NCBI GenBank assembly: GCA_040772485.1
Contig: JAXGYC010000008.1
Coordinates: 128,001 to 192,000, forward strand
Origin: Sedimentisphaerales bacterium
Lineage (GTDB): Bacteria; Planctomycetota; Phycisphaerae; Sedimentisphaerales; Anaerobacaceae
Length of the DNA: 64,000 bases
Direction of reading: 5' to 3'
Shown here: one piece after another, positions 50,316 to 60,764 of the stretch
Numbering within the stretch: position 1 is the first letter of the stretch
How the letters are laid out: the number at the start of each line of letters is the position of its first letter
Position numbers and translations under genes: made by a program
The notes under the pieces: model-generated
The model's input: only the letters and a program-made list of their open reading frames with translations
What the model was told of the DNA's origin: nothing
Databases searched by the model: none

Positions 50316-51218
50316 ATGAAATGCCTGATCGGTCGACGCAGCTTTCTGGGGCTGATGGGAACGACAGTCGCTTGGCGCAGTATTCGCGCTGCCTCCACGG
50401 GGCTTCCTGTGGAGCCGACCGATGCGCCCGCGTGGCGGATGCGGCTGTCCGCTTCCTCGATCTGTTTCTCGGAGCTGCCCATCGAACAGGCCTGCGAGCG
50501 AATCGCCCGCTTAGGCTTTGAGGCCATCGACATCTGGTCGGCCCATGAGGGCTGTCCGCATCTGGATGACGTCGCATCGCGTTTGGGGCCGGAGGGGCTT
50601 AAGGAACTGCTGGCCAAGCACAGACTGAAGCTGTGCGGCTTCTCCGTGTACCAGGGCGGCTACGCCCGCTACGCGGAGTTGCTGGGCCAAGCGGGAGGCG
50701 GTGTCGCCGTTCAGGGCAGTGCACCGCCCTGCGAGCCGCAGGAGCTCAAGGCCCGGATGCACCAGTTCCTCGAAAGCCTCCAGCCTTTGGTCGACCTGGC
50801 GGAGAAGCACAACTCGTACCTGGCGATCGAGAACCACGGCGATGCCCTTCTGGATTCGCTCGATTCGCTCGAAGCATTCGTTGAGGCCAACAGGTCGCCC
50901 CGACTGGGGATCGCCCTGGCCCCCTACCACCTCCAGACGCGGCAGGCCTCCGTGCCGCAGGCCATTCGCATCTGCGGGTCGCAACTGTTCTTCTTCTATG
51001 CCTGGCAGCAGCAGGCCGACGTGAAGCAGCTTCCGGGCGTCGGCTCGACGGACATGACGCCGTGGGTCCGCGCCCTGGCCGACATTCGCTACCGTGGCTA
51101 CGTCAATCCCTTCATGCACGGGCATCCGGGAACGGACGTGATGGCGGCGAATCTCGCCCTCGCGCGAGACTACCTGAAGGACTGTCACACGCGAATCCGC
51201 GAGACGACAGAATCATAG
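50316..51218 (+). CDS. Tat-exported sugar phosphate isomerase/epimerase (xylose-isomerase-like TIM barrel)
   Basis: GRRSFL leader, GFEAIDIW, LAIENHG, PGVG and YRGY. Confidence 0.8.
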   Translation: MKCLIGRRSFLGLMGTTVAWRSIRAASTGLPVEPTDAPAWRMRLSASSICFSELPIEQACERIARLGFEAIDIWSAHEGCPHLDDVASRLGPEGLKELLAKHRLKLCGFSVYQGGYARYAELLGQAGGGVAVQGSAPPCEPQELKARMHQFLESLQPLVDLAEKHNSYLAIENHGDALLDSLDSLEAFVEANRSPRLGIALAPYHLQTRQASVPQAIRICGSQLFFFYAWQQQADVKQLPGVGSTDMTPWVRALADIRYRGYVNPFMHGHPGTDVMAANLALARDYLKDCHTRIRETTES

Positions 51219-51247
51219 GGGCTTCCGTTCTTGCCCCATCGCGAGGT

Positions 51248-52474
51248 CTATTCCACTGTCCACAGGGTGAGCGCCTCTTTGTCCTTGATGTAGATTCTGT
51301 TGCCTGCCACGATCGGGTAGGCATACACCTGCTCCTGGGCGACGTTGTATCGGGCCAGTTCCGTGTACGCCTTGTCGCTGGGCTCGATCACGAGGAGTTC
51401 GGAGACAGGCAGAGCCAACAGGACGGGGCCGACGTCGAGCACCGTTCCGAACCGGCCGTATCTGACTGTATCGGTCCAGAGCGTCTGCCCGTCGCGGGCC
51501 CTCAGGCAGTAGATGTTGTTGCCGGGATCGGAGATGCCGAACAGCAAGCCGTTCTTCAGGACCGGCGTATTGTACCCCCCGCCGATCTCGCCATTGCTCC
51601 ACAGCTCGCTCACAGAGCAACCGCTGTCCTTCTTCTCAATCCGGACGGCCTTCGTGCCGGTTCCCTGCCCGGTGTAGATCACGGTCTGCCCATCCACAAT
51701 CGGGGTGACGGAGCTGTAGAACCTCTGGCGGAGGGGCGTCGTGGCTTTCCACAGGAGCTTGCCGTCGGAGACGCCGATGCCAATGAGATCCGTCTCAACG
51801 TGCACAACGAGCGTCTGGACGTCGTCGAGCGTCATCAAGACAGGCGAAGAATACGTCGGGCCGGCGCCGGACCACTTCCACTTCGGATCACCTGTGGCAA
51901 GATCGTATGCGATGATCGCCCCTGCGCCCTCCTTGCCGAGATGGGCGATGCACAACCCCTCCACGACGATGGGTGACATCGCGGCGTAGAACCGCGGCCA
52001 CGCACCAGGGAACTCCTCCCTGGTCCACAGCACCTTGCCGCTGGCAGCGTCGAGGCACGAGAGCACACCGGCGACCCCCAGCGTCACGACCTTCCCCTCC
52101 GCAACGGTTGGCGAGCTTCTGGGTCCGGAATGCTGGGCAGGCCCGCCCGTCACATGCGGCGCAGGGTGTTTGTCGTGCCACAGCTCCTTGCCGTCTTCGG
52201 CGTTGAGACACATCGCGACTTCCTCATCGCCCTGTCGAGCGAAGACGTACAGCCTCCCGCCCACCAGGGCAGGCGTCGCGTCGCCCAAGCCCACCGCCAC
52301 CGTCCACCGGCGCGTCAGCTCCTTGGGCCAGGTCTGGGGCACAGCAAACCCACTGATCTTGGCGTCCCGATCGGGCCCGCGCCATTGCGGCCAATCCTGC
52401 CCCCAGGCGCACGCGGCTGTCAGCACGATCGCACCGCCGACCAACATGAACAAGCTCCGATTCGCCGTTTCCAT
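51248..52474 (-). CDS. PQQ-like/BamB-like beta-propeller protein
   Basis: Signal peptide, DWPQWRGP, and repeated CLDAASGKVLW / YSSP motifs. Confidence 0.9.
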   Translation of the reverse strand: METANRSLFMLVGGAIVLTAACAWGQDWPQWRGPDRDAKISGFAVPQTWPKELTRRWTVAVGLGDATPALVGGRLYVFARQGDEEVAMCLNAEDGKELWHDKHPAPHVTGGPAQHSGPRSSPTVAEGKVVTLGVAGVLSCLDAASGKVLWTREEFPGAWPRFYAAMSPIVVEGLCIAHLGKEGAGAIIAYDLATGDPKWKWSGAGPTYSSPVLMTLDDVQTLVVHVETDLIGIGVSDGKLLWKATTPLRQRFYSSVTPIVDGQTVIYTGQGTGTKAVRIEKKDSGCSVSELWSNGEIGGGYNTPVLKNGLLFGISDPGNNIYCLRARDGQTLWTDTVRYGRFGTVLDVGPVLLALPVSELLVIEPSDKAYTELARYNVAQEQVYAYPIVAGNRIYIKDKEALTLWTVE

Positions 52475-52715
52475 GGTACATACCTCCCGAATGGATGATC
52501 GATTGACAGAACCGGGATCCCCGGCCTGGCCCGAGCGAGGAAACGCCACGTTGCCTGCTTGCGAGCTTAAAGCCGGCAGTCTGAGACCGAAACGACCCGA
52601 CGCTGAGGCAGTATTATGATGTCTGTGCCGCGAAAGGGCAAATACCGTTCGCGCCACGCCCGTTGCACACATGCCCGGTCCCAAGCCTGGGGCGTGGAGG
52701 GCGTGGGGCCACAGG

Positions 52716-53525
52716 CTACCGAGAGTTCGGCGCTGTGGTCAAAATGTCAGGGTGCCGGTCGGACAGTGAGGTGTGGCAACTGCCGCATACCATTCTACCC
52801 AGCACGTCCTTTTGTTCGCCATCTCGCCCGTGACAAGCGTTGCACCGTCCCACCTGCGGATCGGCGATCAGCGAACGAGGGGCCTGTCCCGACAAGCTCT
52901 CGTTGAGCACGATGACGGTCCGCCTGGCGGTATCGGCCGTGAGACGCGCGCACCGCTCCATGTGCTCCTTGCCCGCCACGGGATATCCGGAAGCCTTGCT
53001 CCACAGAGCTACCGAGGGATGGCATAGAACCGACCGAGCGACGGACCCCGGCATCGGCACATCCAGCCTGGGCCTGATGGGAACGTACACGGGGAGTTCC
53101 GCCTGTTCGTACCACAGGAACACCTGGCTGGTCAGGCTCACCTGCTGCTCTCCTGCGGATGCAAAAAGTGCGATCGCCGCCGCCGCACCGTTGAGAGCAC
53201 CGCACAGAGAGCCCCAGCTCGCGACTCCGCCGGCGCCATAAGTCATCATCGAGCATGGGAAAGACCGATAGGGTTCGCCATATCGCTCAGCCAGTTGCCA
53301 GACGATGCCCTTGAAGACGCCGTACATGCAGTGGCCGTCGTAGTGATATTGATAGGCCCGCTCGGCGGTCGTCTCGGGGTCCAATACCCGATAGGGCCAG
53401 GGGAGCGCACCAGGGCCTGTCTCGCTCTGCGTGCTCTTTCTCTCCGCTGGCGCGCAGGACGACAGGATGCAGGCCCCTGCCGCAATGCCTGCGGCACTGA
53501 ACACCTCTCTTCGCGTCAGTTGCAT
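52716..53525 (-). CDS. C-GCAxxG-C-C / split-Soret cytochrome c-like protein
   Basis: TRR leader with LSSC; HCMYG, YGAGG..SLCGALNGAA, SVLCH, ERCARLTAD; C-terminal CNACH and CGSCH. Confidence 0.75.
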   Translation of the reverse strand: MQLTRREVFSAAGIAAGACILSSCAPAERKSTQSETGPGALPWPYRVLDPETTAERAYQYHYDGHCMYGVFKGIVWQLAERYGEPYRSFPCSMMTYGAGGVASWGSLCGALNGAAAAIALFASAGEQQVSLTSQVFLWYEQAELPVYVPIRPRLDVPMPGSVARSVLCHPSVALWSKASGYPVAGKEHMERCARLTADTARRTVIVLNESLSGQAPRSLIADPQVGRCNACHGRDGEQKDVLGRMVCGSCHTSLSDRHPDILTTAPNSR

Positions 53526-53841
53526 GTCCCGGTCTCCAGTACCCAATCGCCAGTTCACTGCTCCGCATCCTGGTGCGGCGTCGGCACAGTCCGAAAGACG
53601 CAGCGCCACTGCCTGAAGCCCCTGCGACACCGTAGGGCGGCTCGGCCCGGATTCGAGCTGCTGGGCCTCAGAGTAGAAGCAGATCCACTGCCTGTCAATC
53701 CGCGATTCTCCGGCGGACCTCATCGAAATTGCCCCCGCATGGAGCAGTTTCGATGACGCCTGGGCAGTGAAGCAGTCGCACATACCTTGAGCCGTGGTTC
53801 CGCCGCTCGCCCGGCGTCGCGTCACGAATCGGATTCCATTC

Positions 53842-53869
53842 TTGACATTGTCCACCTTTATGATAATAT
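53842..53869 (+). promoter_or_regulatory. sigma70 promoter of asnA
   Basis: TTGACA-N16-TAATAT with an extended TG. Confidence 0.5.
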
Positions 53870-53922
53870 TCGGTCAGCGTGTGACACGATAGAAACGCGT
53901 CCGCAGTCCCAGGAGATGCCCA

Positions 53923-55053
53923 ATGCACGACAAGAAAGCTGACCTGGTCGGTCCCGGAATCGGCGACTACGCCGAACTCGAAAAGATCCTCCCGCACGAC
54001 TACCACTCCCTCCTGTCACCCAAAGAAACACAAATCGCCACCTACGCGGTGAAGGACTACATCGAACAGAACCTCTGCAAGGAGCTTAACCTCATCCGAG
54101 TCACCGTCCCTCTGATCGTGGACGTCAGCAGCGGCGTCAACGACTACCTCGATCGCGACGGCTCGCGCACCCCCGTTCGCTTCCGCATCTCGAACGACCA
54201 CAGCAAGAATCCCGTCGACGCCGAGGTCGTTCAGGCGGCCACAAAATGGAAACGCATGGCGCTCAAGCAGTTTGACATGCAGGCCGGCGAAGGCCTGGTC
54301 ACGGACATGCGGGCGGTCCGCAAGGACTACTTCCTCGATCATGATCACAGCGCCTATGTGGACCAGTGGGATTGGGAATTGGCCATCACGAAGGACCAGC
54401 GAAACGTGGAGTTCCTCAAGCAGGTCGTCCGGAAGATCTGGAACGTCCTCAAGGGCGCCGAAGTGCACGTGCAGCAGCTCTTCCCACAGCTCAAGACGGA
54501 CAAGTACCCCGATCTGCCGGACGAGCTGACTTTCCTCCACGCGGAGGAAATCCTCGAACGATATCCCGACCTGCCTCGCAAGCAGCGGGAGACGCGGATC
54601 GCGCAGGAGTATCGGGCCGTCTTCATCATCGGCATCGGCTGGGTGCTCCAGGACGGCTATCCTCACGAGATGAGGGCGGCCGACTACGACGACTGGGCCA
54701 CGGAGACCACCTCCGGTGACGGCCGCCCGATGCACGGCCTGAACGGCGACATCCTCGTCTGGAACCCTGTGACCAAGCGCCGGCATGAACTGACGTCCAT
54801 GGGCATCCGCGTCACCGCCGAGTCTCTGAAAAAGCAACTGGGGATCACGGGCCAATTGGATATGCTGAAACTGCCCTATCACCAGGCGATCCTGAACGAT
54901 CACATTCCACTGAGCATCGGTGGCGGCATCGGCCAGTCCCGCACGTTCATGCTGCTGCTGAAGAAGGCTCACCTCGGCGAGGTCAGCGCGACCGTCTGGC
55001 CCAAGATCCTCAAGGACATGTGCAGGCAGAAGAACATTCACGTGATCGAGTAG
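53923..55053 (+). CDS. asnA: Aspartate--ammonia ligase
   Basis: KWKR, HSAYVDQWDWE, RAADYDDW, LNGDI, ELTSMGIRV and SIGGGIGQSR. Confidence 0.95.
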   Translation: MHDKKADLVGPGIGDYAELEKILPHDYHSLLSPKETQIATYAVKDYIEQNLCKELNLIRVTVPLIVDVSSGVNDYLDRDGSRTPVRFRISNDHSKNPVDAEVVQAATKWKRMALKQFDMQAGEGLVTDMRAVRKDYFLDHDHSAYVDQWDWELAITKDQRNVEFLKQVVRKIWNVLKGAEVHVQQLFPQLKTDKYPDLPDELTFLHAEEILERYPDLPRKQRETRIAQEYRAVFIIGIGWVLQDGYPHEMRAADYDDWATETTSGDGRPMHGLNGDILVWNPVTKRRHELTSMGIRVTAESLKKQLGITGQLDMLKLPYHQAILNDHIPLSIGGGIGQSRTFMLLLKKAHLGEVSATVWPKILKDMCRQKNIHVIE

Positions 55054-55144
55054 AGACGGTGCGACCTCTGACAATCGGCGCCGAGCCCACAACGTCGGCC
55101 GGCGCCCGAAGGGGTCCTCACACGGCAGCAACTTCGCCCGCCCT

Positions 55145-56923
55145 TCACTTGGCCTGCTCGGCGTGAAGCCTGTCGTAGATCTCCTGCTTGAACTTCGCGG
55201 TGGTCAGGTCCCACTCGTTGAACATCTCGAGCCCCTGCCGCTCGGCGATCTCGAACAGCCGGTCGGCCTCCCGGACGCGGCTGTCCACGTCGCCGGCGTT
55301 CAGTCGCAGCTTGGCGTACATCAGCGGCATGCGGGCCACCTGCACTCGTGCCGCGAACGTGGGGTCATCCGCTGCCAGACGCTCGGCTTCATCGAACAGC
55401 CGGTCGTACTGCGCGATCAGCTCGGGGGCGAGGTAGCCGTTGCGGTGGTCCGCAGGCCCGCCGAAGATCTTCAGGTCGGCGCCGGATTTATCGAGCGCAT
55501 CGTGCATCAGGTCGATGTACCGCCGGATCGGCCTGCCCGCCGGACCGTAGTAGCCATCGAGGAAGTCGTCCATCACCATGGACGCGTCCTGGTCCGGGTC
55601 CCACATCAGCTTGGCGAGGAGGTAGCCACGCAACTCGGCGAACTCGCCGCCAATCTCGCGATTGGCCTGCGAATAGACTCCCATGACGCGATGCGACGCC
55701 AGGTGTTGCAGGTTGGGCTTGAGCACGCGCAGGTTGGGGAAAGGGCTGATCAGGTTGGCAAACTGGATCGTGTAGTCCCAGATTACGATGTTCCGCGAGA
55801 TGCCCGCCCAGCGGCCGATCTCCTCGCGAAAGGCGACGCTCTCCGACCGCTCGTCGGTGGCGAACGATTGGCTGCGATTCAACTCGAGCGTGCACAGTTG
55901 GATGCCGACGTTGGGCAGAGCTTTGAGCGAGCGAGGCGGTTTGCGGGAATACTGGTAGGCCAGCGTGGTGATGATTTTGTCGGGGAACTGAGCCGCAATC
56001 GTGTTGGTGAATTCGAGGAGCGATCCCATCGGCGTTCCTTCGCGGTCGTCCAAAGCGCGGCAGTTGGGACACTCGCAGTTGCCGGCCCAGTCCATCTGAC
56101 TGATCGACCAGTACGGCAGATGCGGCTCCTTGGCGGTCATCTCCCGCAGCCTGCGAACAACCGACTGGATCACATCCGGATTGGTCAGGCAGAGCTGCTT
56201 ATCGGGCACCCGTTTGCCAGCGACCAGAGAGAAGTACTCCGGGTGCGTCTGGAAATACTCCTTCGGCGGCACAACCGAGAAGAAGCTGTGACACCAGAGG
56301 CCCCAGTCGCCTCCTCCGTTGAGTTTGAGGCGCATCGCGATAGGACTCCCCTGCGTCGCGATGTCGCGGTAGCTCGTGCGCCGCCAGGTGAAGGCCGGCA
56401 CCTGCGTGTCGTCGATCTGACCAATCATGAGAGCGGGCCGGGAAGGGATGCGCGACGCCTCCGAGGTGTACCAGCGGCAGCCGACGTAGTCTTCCAGGAA
56501 GGTATAGACGCCATAGAGGTCGCCCAGGTCGGCTCCGCCCGCGATGACAAGATGCCCTCCGACAGTGCGGATGACGAATCCCTGGGGGCCGAGACTGGCG
56601 AAGTCGACCGTCGCAGGCAATTGATCGAGATGAGCGTTCCGGCCGATGACGATCTCGTGCTGTCCCATGGGGACCGTGTCGGAGACGATGGGCAGCTCGA
56701 CGGAGGTAACCTGCTTGAGAAAAGCCTGAAGCTCGCTGGCCGCCAGCAAGGTCCGCTCCGGGGCATCATCGGCCCGGACGATCTGGAACGGGGACCGCCC
56801 GTTCTCCACGAGCACGAGTTGAGTCGACGTGGGTCGACCGGGCTGCTGCCCCCATGCGGATCCGGACCACGAAAACGCGGCGACCAGCAGTGTCAGGATG
56901 CATCTCGAACCTCTCATGGGCAT
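55145..56923 (-). CDS. DUF4838-type secreted protein (GH20/GH67-like N-terminal domain plus barrel)
   Basis: YGVYTFLEDYVGCRW, HPEYFSL..QLCLTNP, C.CP.C, LAYQY and YLLAKLMWDP. Confidence 0.8.
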   Translation of the reverse strand: MPMRGSRCILTLLVAAFSWSGSAWGQQPGRPTSTQLVLVENGRSPFQIVRADDAPERTLLAASELQAFLKQVTSVELPIVSDTVPMGQHEIVIGRNAHLDQLPATVDFASLGPQGFVIRTVGGHLVIAGGADLGDLYGVYTFLEDYVGCRWYTSEASRIPSRPALMIGQIDDTQVPAFTWRRTSYRDIATQGSPIAMRLKLNGGGDWGLWCHSFFSVVPPKEYFQTHPEYFSLVAGKRVPDKQLCLTNPDVIQSVVRRLREMTAKEPHLPYWSISQMDWAGNCECPNCRALDDREGTPMGSLLEFTNTIAAQFPDKIITTLAYQYSRKPPRSLKALPNVGIQLCTLELNRSQSFATDERSESVAFREEIGRWAGISRNIVIWDYTIQFANLISPFPNLRVLKPNLQHLASHRVMGVYSQANREIGGEFAELRGYLLAKLMWDPDQDASMVMDDFLDGYYGPAGRPIRRYIDLMHDALDKSGADLKIFGGPADHRNGYLAPELIAQYDRLFDEAERLAADDPTFAARVQVARMPLMYAKLRLNAGDVDSRVREADRLFEIAERQGLEMFNEWDLTTAKFKQEIYDRLHAEQAK

Positions 56924-57131
56924 TCTCCCATCGAATTCACCACACCGGACTTCATCACGCACTCCATGATAGCTGGTCGAGCTTCTCTTGGCTGCAAATT
57001 TCGCAAGGCGGGAATTCCCCTTTTGCCCCGGCCACAGCGCTGCACCGATTGCAGGAGTCTGCCGCAGGTCGTACAATGCTCAACGATCGGCCCTGTTACG
57101 GCACAAGCATGGTTCGAACGGAGCGCACACT

Positions 57132-58169
57132 ATGAGACACACGACGATTTGCACGACGGGATTCCTGTTCCTGCTTTCGGCCGGCTTCCTGGAGATGGTC
57201 GGAACCGGCCGGGCGCGAGGCAATGCCGGCGACACGTTGGACGACGCGACCATACGCGCCCTGATCGGCGCCGTCGATCGCGGGCGAATGTCCCGGGACC
57301 TCTTCTATCTGGCCAAGGACCCGCTGCCCTTTCGCAAGCTGAACCTGACGCTGCCCGGTCACGAGAAGAACACGCTCCACGAGGCCGACGACTATCTTGC
57401 CGGCCAGTTGGAGGCGAGGGGATACCGCGTCGAGCGTGAAGGCGTCCAGGTGCAGGCGTTCCGCTGCGATACGAGCAAGCCCAAACAGCATCAGTACTCC
57501 TCTCCCAAACCGGAAGACCCGTGGTATACGGCGTACAATCTCTATGCCGAAAAGAAAGGCCGCTCGCACCCGGACCGCATCATCATGGTGCTCGCACACA
57601 AGGATTCGCAGAGCTGGGTCGATTCGCCGGGGGCCAATGACAACGCCATTGGCACCGTCGGCGTGCTGGAAATGGCACGCGTCCTCGCGGAGTACCCTTC
57701 CGAGAGCACCATCCGGTTTCTCTTCTGCAACGAGGAGCACACGCCCTGGACCAGCAGGACCGCGGCGCAGAAGGCCAAGTCGCGTGGAGACAACATCGTC
57801 GCCGCGTTCAACCTGGACGGCATCGGCGCCAAGACCGCCGAGCAGACAGCCGCAGGAAAGAAGACCAACGTGACCGCCTACACGAAGCCGGAGGGCCGGC
57901 ATCTGGCCGAGCTGATGGCCGAGGTGAACGCCCGATACTCGATCGGTCTCGAACAGCGCATGGCCGAGCGGTCCCAGCCGGGCGATGACGATGGCTCGTT
58001 CGTCCTGGCCGGCTACCCTGCGGCGGTGATCAACATCGGGTCCTGGCCCTACGGCGATCCCAATTACCACGCGGAGGGCGACATCCCGGAGGCGTGTGAC
58101 GTCGACAACGCCGCAATGACCGTGCAGGCGACGCTGGCCGCAGTGGTGACTTTCGACCGTCGCTTCTAA
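57132..58169 (+). CDS. M28 family metallopeptidase
   Basis: AHKDS, PGANDNAIG, CNEEH, NLDG and NYH..D. Confidence 0.88.
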   Translation: MRHTTICTTGFLFLLSAGFLEMVGTGRARGNAGDTLDDATIRALIGAVDRGRMSRDLFYLAKDPLPFRKLNLTLPGHEKNTLHEADDYLAGQLEARGYRVEREGVQVQAFRCDTSKPKQHQYSSPKPEDPWYTAYNLYAEKKGRSHPDRIIMVLAHKDSQSWVDSPGANDNAIGTVGVLEMARVLAEYPSESTIRFLFCNEEHTPWTSRTAAQKAKSRGDNIVAAFNLDGIGAKTAEQTAAGKKTNVTAYTKPEGRHLAELMAEVNARYSIGLEQRMAERSQPGDDDGSFVLAGYPAAVINIGSWPYGDPNYHAEGDIPEACDVDNAAMTVQATLAAVVTFDRRF

Positions 58170-58220
58170 CCGAACACGGGACGAGAGTTGTGGTGCGCCT
58201 GTGGGCGGCACTACGCACGG

Positions 58221-59066
58221 CTATGGCTCGTAGCCGAGCTTTCCCCAAGCAGCGCGTTGGACCCGCTGGATGTCCGGGTTGTCACCGACGGCGATATAGG
58301 ACTGGTAGTTGCCCTCCAGCCGGGACACTTTGACGGTACGCTGGTCCTGCCACTTCCAATATTCGGCGTGGCCGTCGCCAAAGCTGAAGTTGGTGCCGTC
58401 GCCGTGGCGGGTCGGCGGAATATCCCACCAGGAGGCCTGATTGTAGAAGATCGTCCAGCTCTGGGTGCTGGTCTTGCCCTCGTCGACGTAGACCAGACGC
58501 TCGCCCGGCCGCTTGATCTGCGAACGCCGGCGGATATAGATCTCCTTGGGCGCGCCGATTGCCGTGCTGCCCATCGCGCCGTTCATGGCGTCGACAATCG
58601 CGTAGGTGTTGACCTCGCCGCGAATGCCGGTCGGGCATTTGTAGATCTTGAGCTGGCCGATGTAAGGCCACATCGCGCCGTCCTGGATGCCCTGGATGCG
58701 CTGCTCGGTGGCCCAGCCGTCGTGGTAGTACAGCCAGCAGGGCTCCTCGTTGTCGTTGTGGCCCTCGGTGTTCTCGACGGTGCAGGCATTGACGATCTTC
58801 TGATCGTTGTCATCGGCGTACATCACCCAGGCCAGGCCGAACTGCTTGACGTTGCTCAGGCACACGGCCCGCTTGCCCTGCTCCCGCGCCCGCGAGAGGG
58901 CCGGCATCAGGATCGCCATCAGCACCGCAATGACCGCGACCACCACAAGAAGCTCGATCAGTGTGAACGCTCTTTGCCCCGCCGTGTTCCTGCCCATCGT
59001 GACCATCGTCTCTCGCGACCTCCTTCCCCCTTGGTCTTGCGCTGTCCGTGTCGTTGCGATATTCAT
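58221..59066 (-). CDS. Prepilin N-terminal / H-X9-DG (DUF1559-like) protein
   Basis: [25 protein letters not shown] and [14 protein letters not shown]; start uncertain. Confidence 0.9.
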   Translation of the reverse strand: MNIATTRTAQDQGGRRSRETMVTMGRNTAGQRAFTLIELLVVVAVIAVLMAILMPALSRAREQGKRAVCLSNVKQFGLAWVMYADDNDQKIVNACTVENTEGHNDNEEPCWLYYHDGWATEQRIQGIQDGAMWPYIGQLKIYKCPTGIRGEVNTYAIVDAMNGAMGSTAIGAPKEIYIRRRSQIKRPGERLVYVDEGKTSTQSWTIFYNQASWWDIPPTRHGDGTNFSFGDGHAEYWKWQDQRTVKVSRLEGNYQSYIAVGDNPDIQRVQRAAWGKLGYEP

Positions 59067-59342
59067 GGCTCCTGCTCCAATTCTGTTACACCGCCAGTTT
59101 CCCTTTGCCCTCACGAGGGAGCTTCTGCACACGACGCCTCTATGCTACCAGAAACCCCGGCCCAACCACAACAATTCCAGAGCCGAATTCCGCCTGCCCG
59201 GCGAAACCACCCTCCGCGGCCGGTACCCCGAAGACAGGGCCGGAATGCGCGGAAACGATAGAATGATCTCCAATCTATGGAAAACCGGCTCGTTTTTGGC
59301 GATTCCTGGCAAGAATCCCTGCCGGACCGGCAGACAGAGACA

Positions 59343-59372
59343 TTGATCGGCGGCGGCATGGTGTGATATGAT
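59343..59372 (+). promoter_or_regulatory. Putative sigma70 promoter of the GlmU-like/ACP/citrate synthase operon
   Basis: TTGATC-N18-TATGAT with an extended TG. Confidence 0.4.
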
Positions 59373-59458
59373 GGCAGGGCTGTGCTGCAGCGCTGTCGGT
59401 GAGCGCATATGGAGCCACGGGCGCATGCGTCGGAGTACCGAACACTGAAGGAGTCCCT

Positions 59459-60742
59459 ATGCGACTGATCCTTTTTGACCGAGGCACGGAATTCAGAGAG
59501 CACTTCTTCCCCCTGACGTTGAGCCGCCCCCTGTGGGAGCTTCGCTGTGGCATCACCTCCCTTGGGGAGAAGCTCCAGGCCAGGACGGGCATCGGGGATG
59601 CCGCCTGCTTTCTGCCCGACTATCTGGCGGCAACGTACCGGACCCGGACCAGGTGCCCGGTCAACGAAACCTCGGCACTGACCGGGGACGATCTCTTTTT
59701 GGTGGATGCGCGCGTCAAGGCGAACTCCTTCGACGTCCTCGCGAGCGGCGCCGGCGAGGTGGGTCTGAACGAGCAGGGAGAGGTCCTCTATGCACGCATC
59801 CCGCAGGCCGACGCGAAAAAGCTCTCGCACGACGATTTCGAGACGTTTCTGGACGCCGCCAAGGCGAGTCTGCCGCACGCCGACCGCAGGCTCGCGACCT
59901 GGAACTACACCTGGGACCTGATCCTGGCGAATCCGGCGCAACTCGTCGCCGACTACGCTGCGGCGGGAAGGCATGGGATCGAAGGCACCATCGAGCAACC
60001 GAACGCGATCCGAGGCAACAAGAAGGACGTCTACGTCGCTCGGGGCGTCACGGTCCATCCGATGGTCGTGATCGACGCCGAGCACGGCCCGGTCTACATC
60101 GACGAGGGAGCCGAGATCCATCCGTTCACGCGAATCGAGGGCCCCTGCTACATCGGCAAAAAGTCGATTCTGCTCGGCGCCAAGTGCCGGGAAGGCAACT
60201 CGATCGGGCCGGTCTGCCGCGTCGGTGGCGAGTTGGAGGAGTCCATCATCCAGGGCTACTCCAACAAGTACCACGACGGCTTCATCGGCCACAGCTACGT
60301 GGGCGAGTGGGTCAACCTGGGGGCGCTGACGACCAACAGCGACCTGAAGAACGACTATTCCACGGTCTCCGTCATGCTGGACGGCAAGCACGCCATCGAT
60401 ACCGGCTCGCCAAAGGTCGGCGCGCTGATCGGAGACCACGCCAAGACCTCGATCGGGACCTTGTTCAACACCGGCTCCTGCATCGGCGCGATGGCGATCA
60501 TCATGGCGACGGGCAAACCCCTGCCCAAGACGATCCCGAGCTTCGCCTGGTTCGTCGAGGGCCTAGTCACCAAGGGCTTCGGTCGAAGCACGCTGTATGA
60601 GACGGCCGCGATGGCCATGAGCCGCCGCGGACGCCAGTGGACCGAGGCCGAGCAGGCGATGTGGGATGCGATCTTCGAGATCACCGCACCTATGCGAAAA
60701 GAGGCTATCCAAAAGAGCCGCAGAGCGATGATGGCAAAGTGA
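59459..60742 (+). CDS. GlmU-like putative sugar nucleotidyltransferase with a hexapeptide (LbH) acyltransferase domain
   Basis: FPLTLSRPLWELRCG N-terminus; GPVYI..A.I, NKYHDGFIGHSYVGEWVNLGA.T.NSDLKN and IGDHAKTSI. Confidence 0.85.
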   Translation: MRLILFDRGTEFREHFFPLTLSRPLWELRCGITSLGEKLQARTGIGDAACFLPDYLAATYRTRTRCPVNETSALTGDDLFLVDARVKANSFDVLASGAGEVGLNEQGEVLYARIPQADAKKLSHDDFETFLDAAKASLPHADRRLATWNYTWDLILANPAQLVADYAAAGRHGIEGTIEQPNAIRGNKKDVYVARGVTVHPMVVIDAEHGPVYIDEGAEIHPFTRIEGPCYIGKKSILLGAKCREGNSIGPVCRVGGELEESIIQGYSNKYHDGFIGHSYVGEWVNLGALTTNSDLKNDYSTVSVMLDGKHAIDTGSPKVGALIGDHAKTSIGTLFNTGSCIGAMAIIMATGKPLPKTIPSFAWFVEGLVTKGFGRSTLYETAAMAMSRRGRQWTEAEQAMWDAIFEITAPMRKEAIQKSRRAMMAK

Positions 60743-60764
60743 CGTGCAGAACAGGAGGTAGTTC

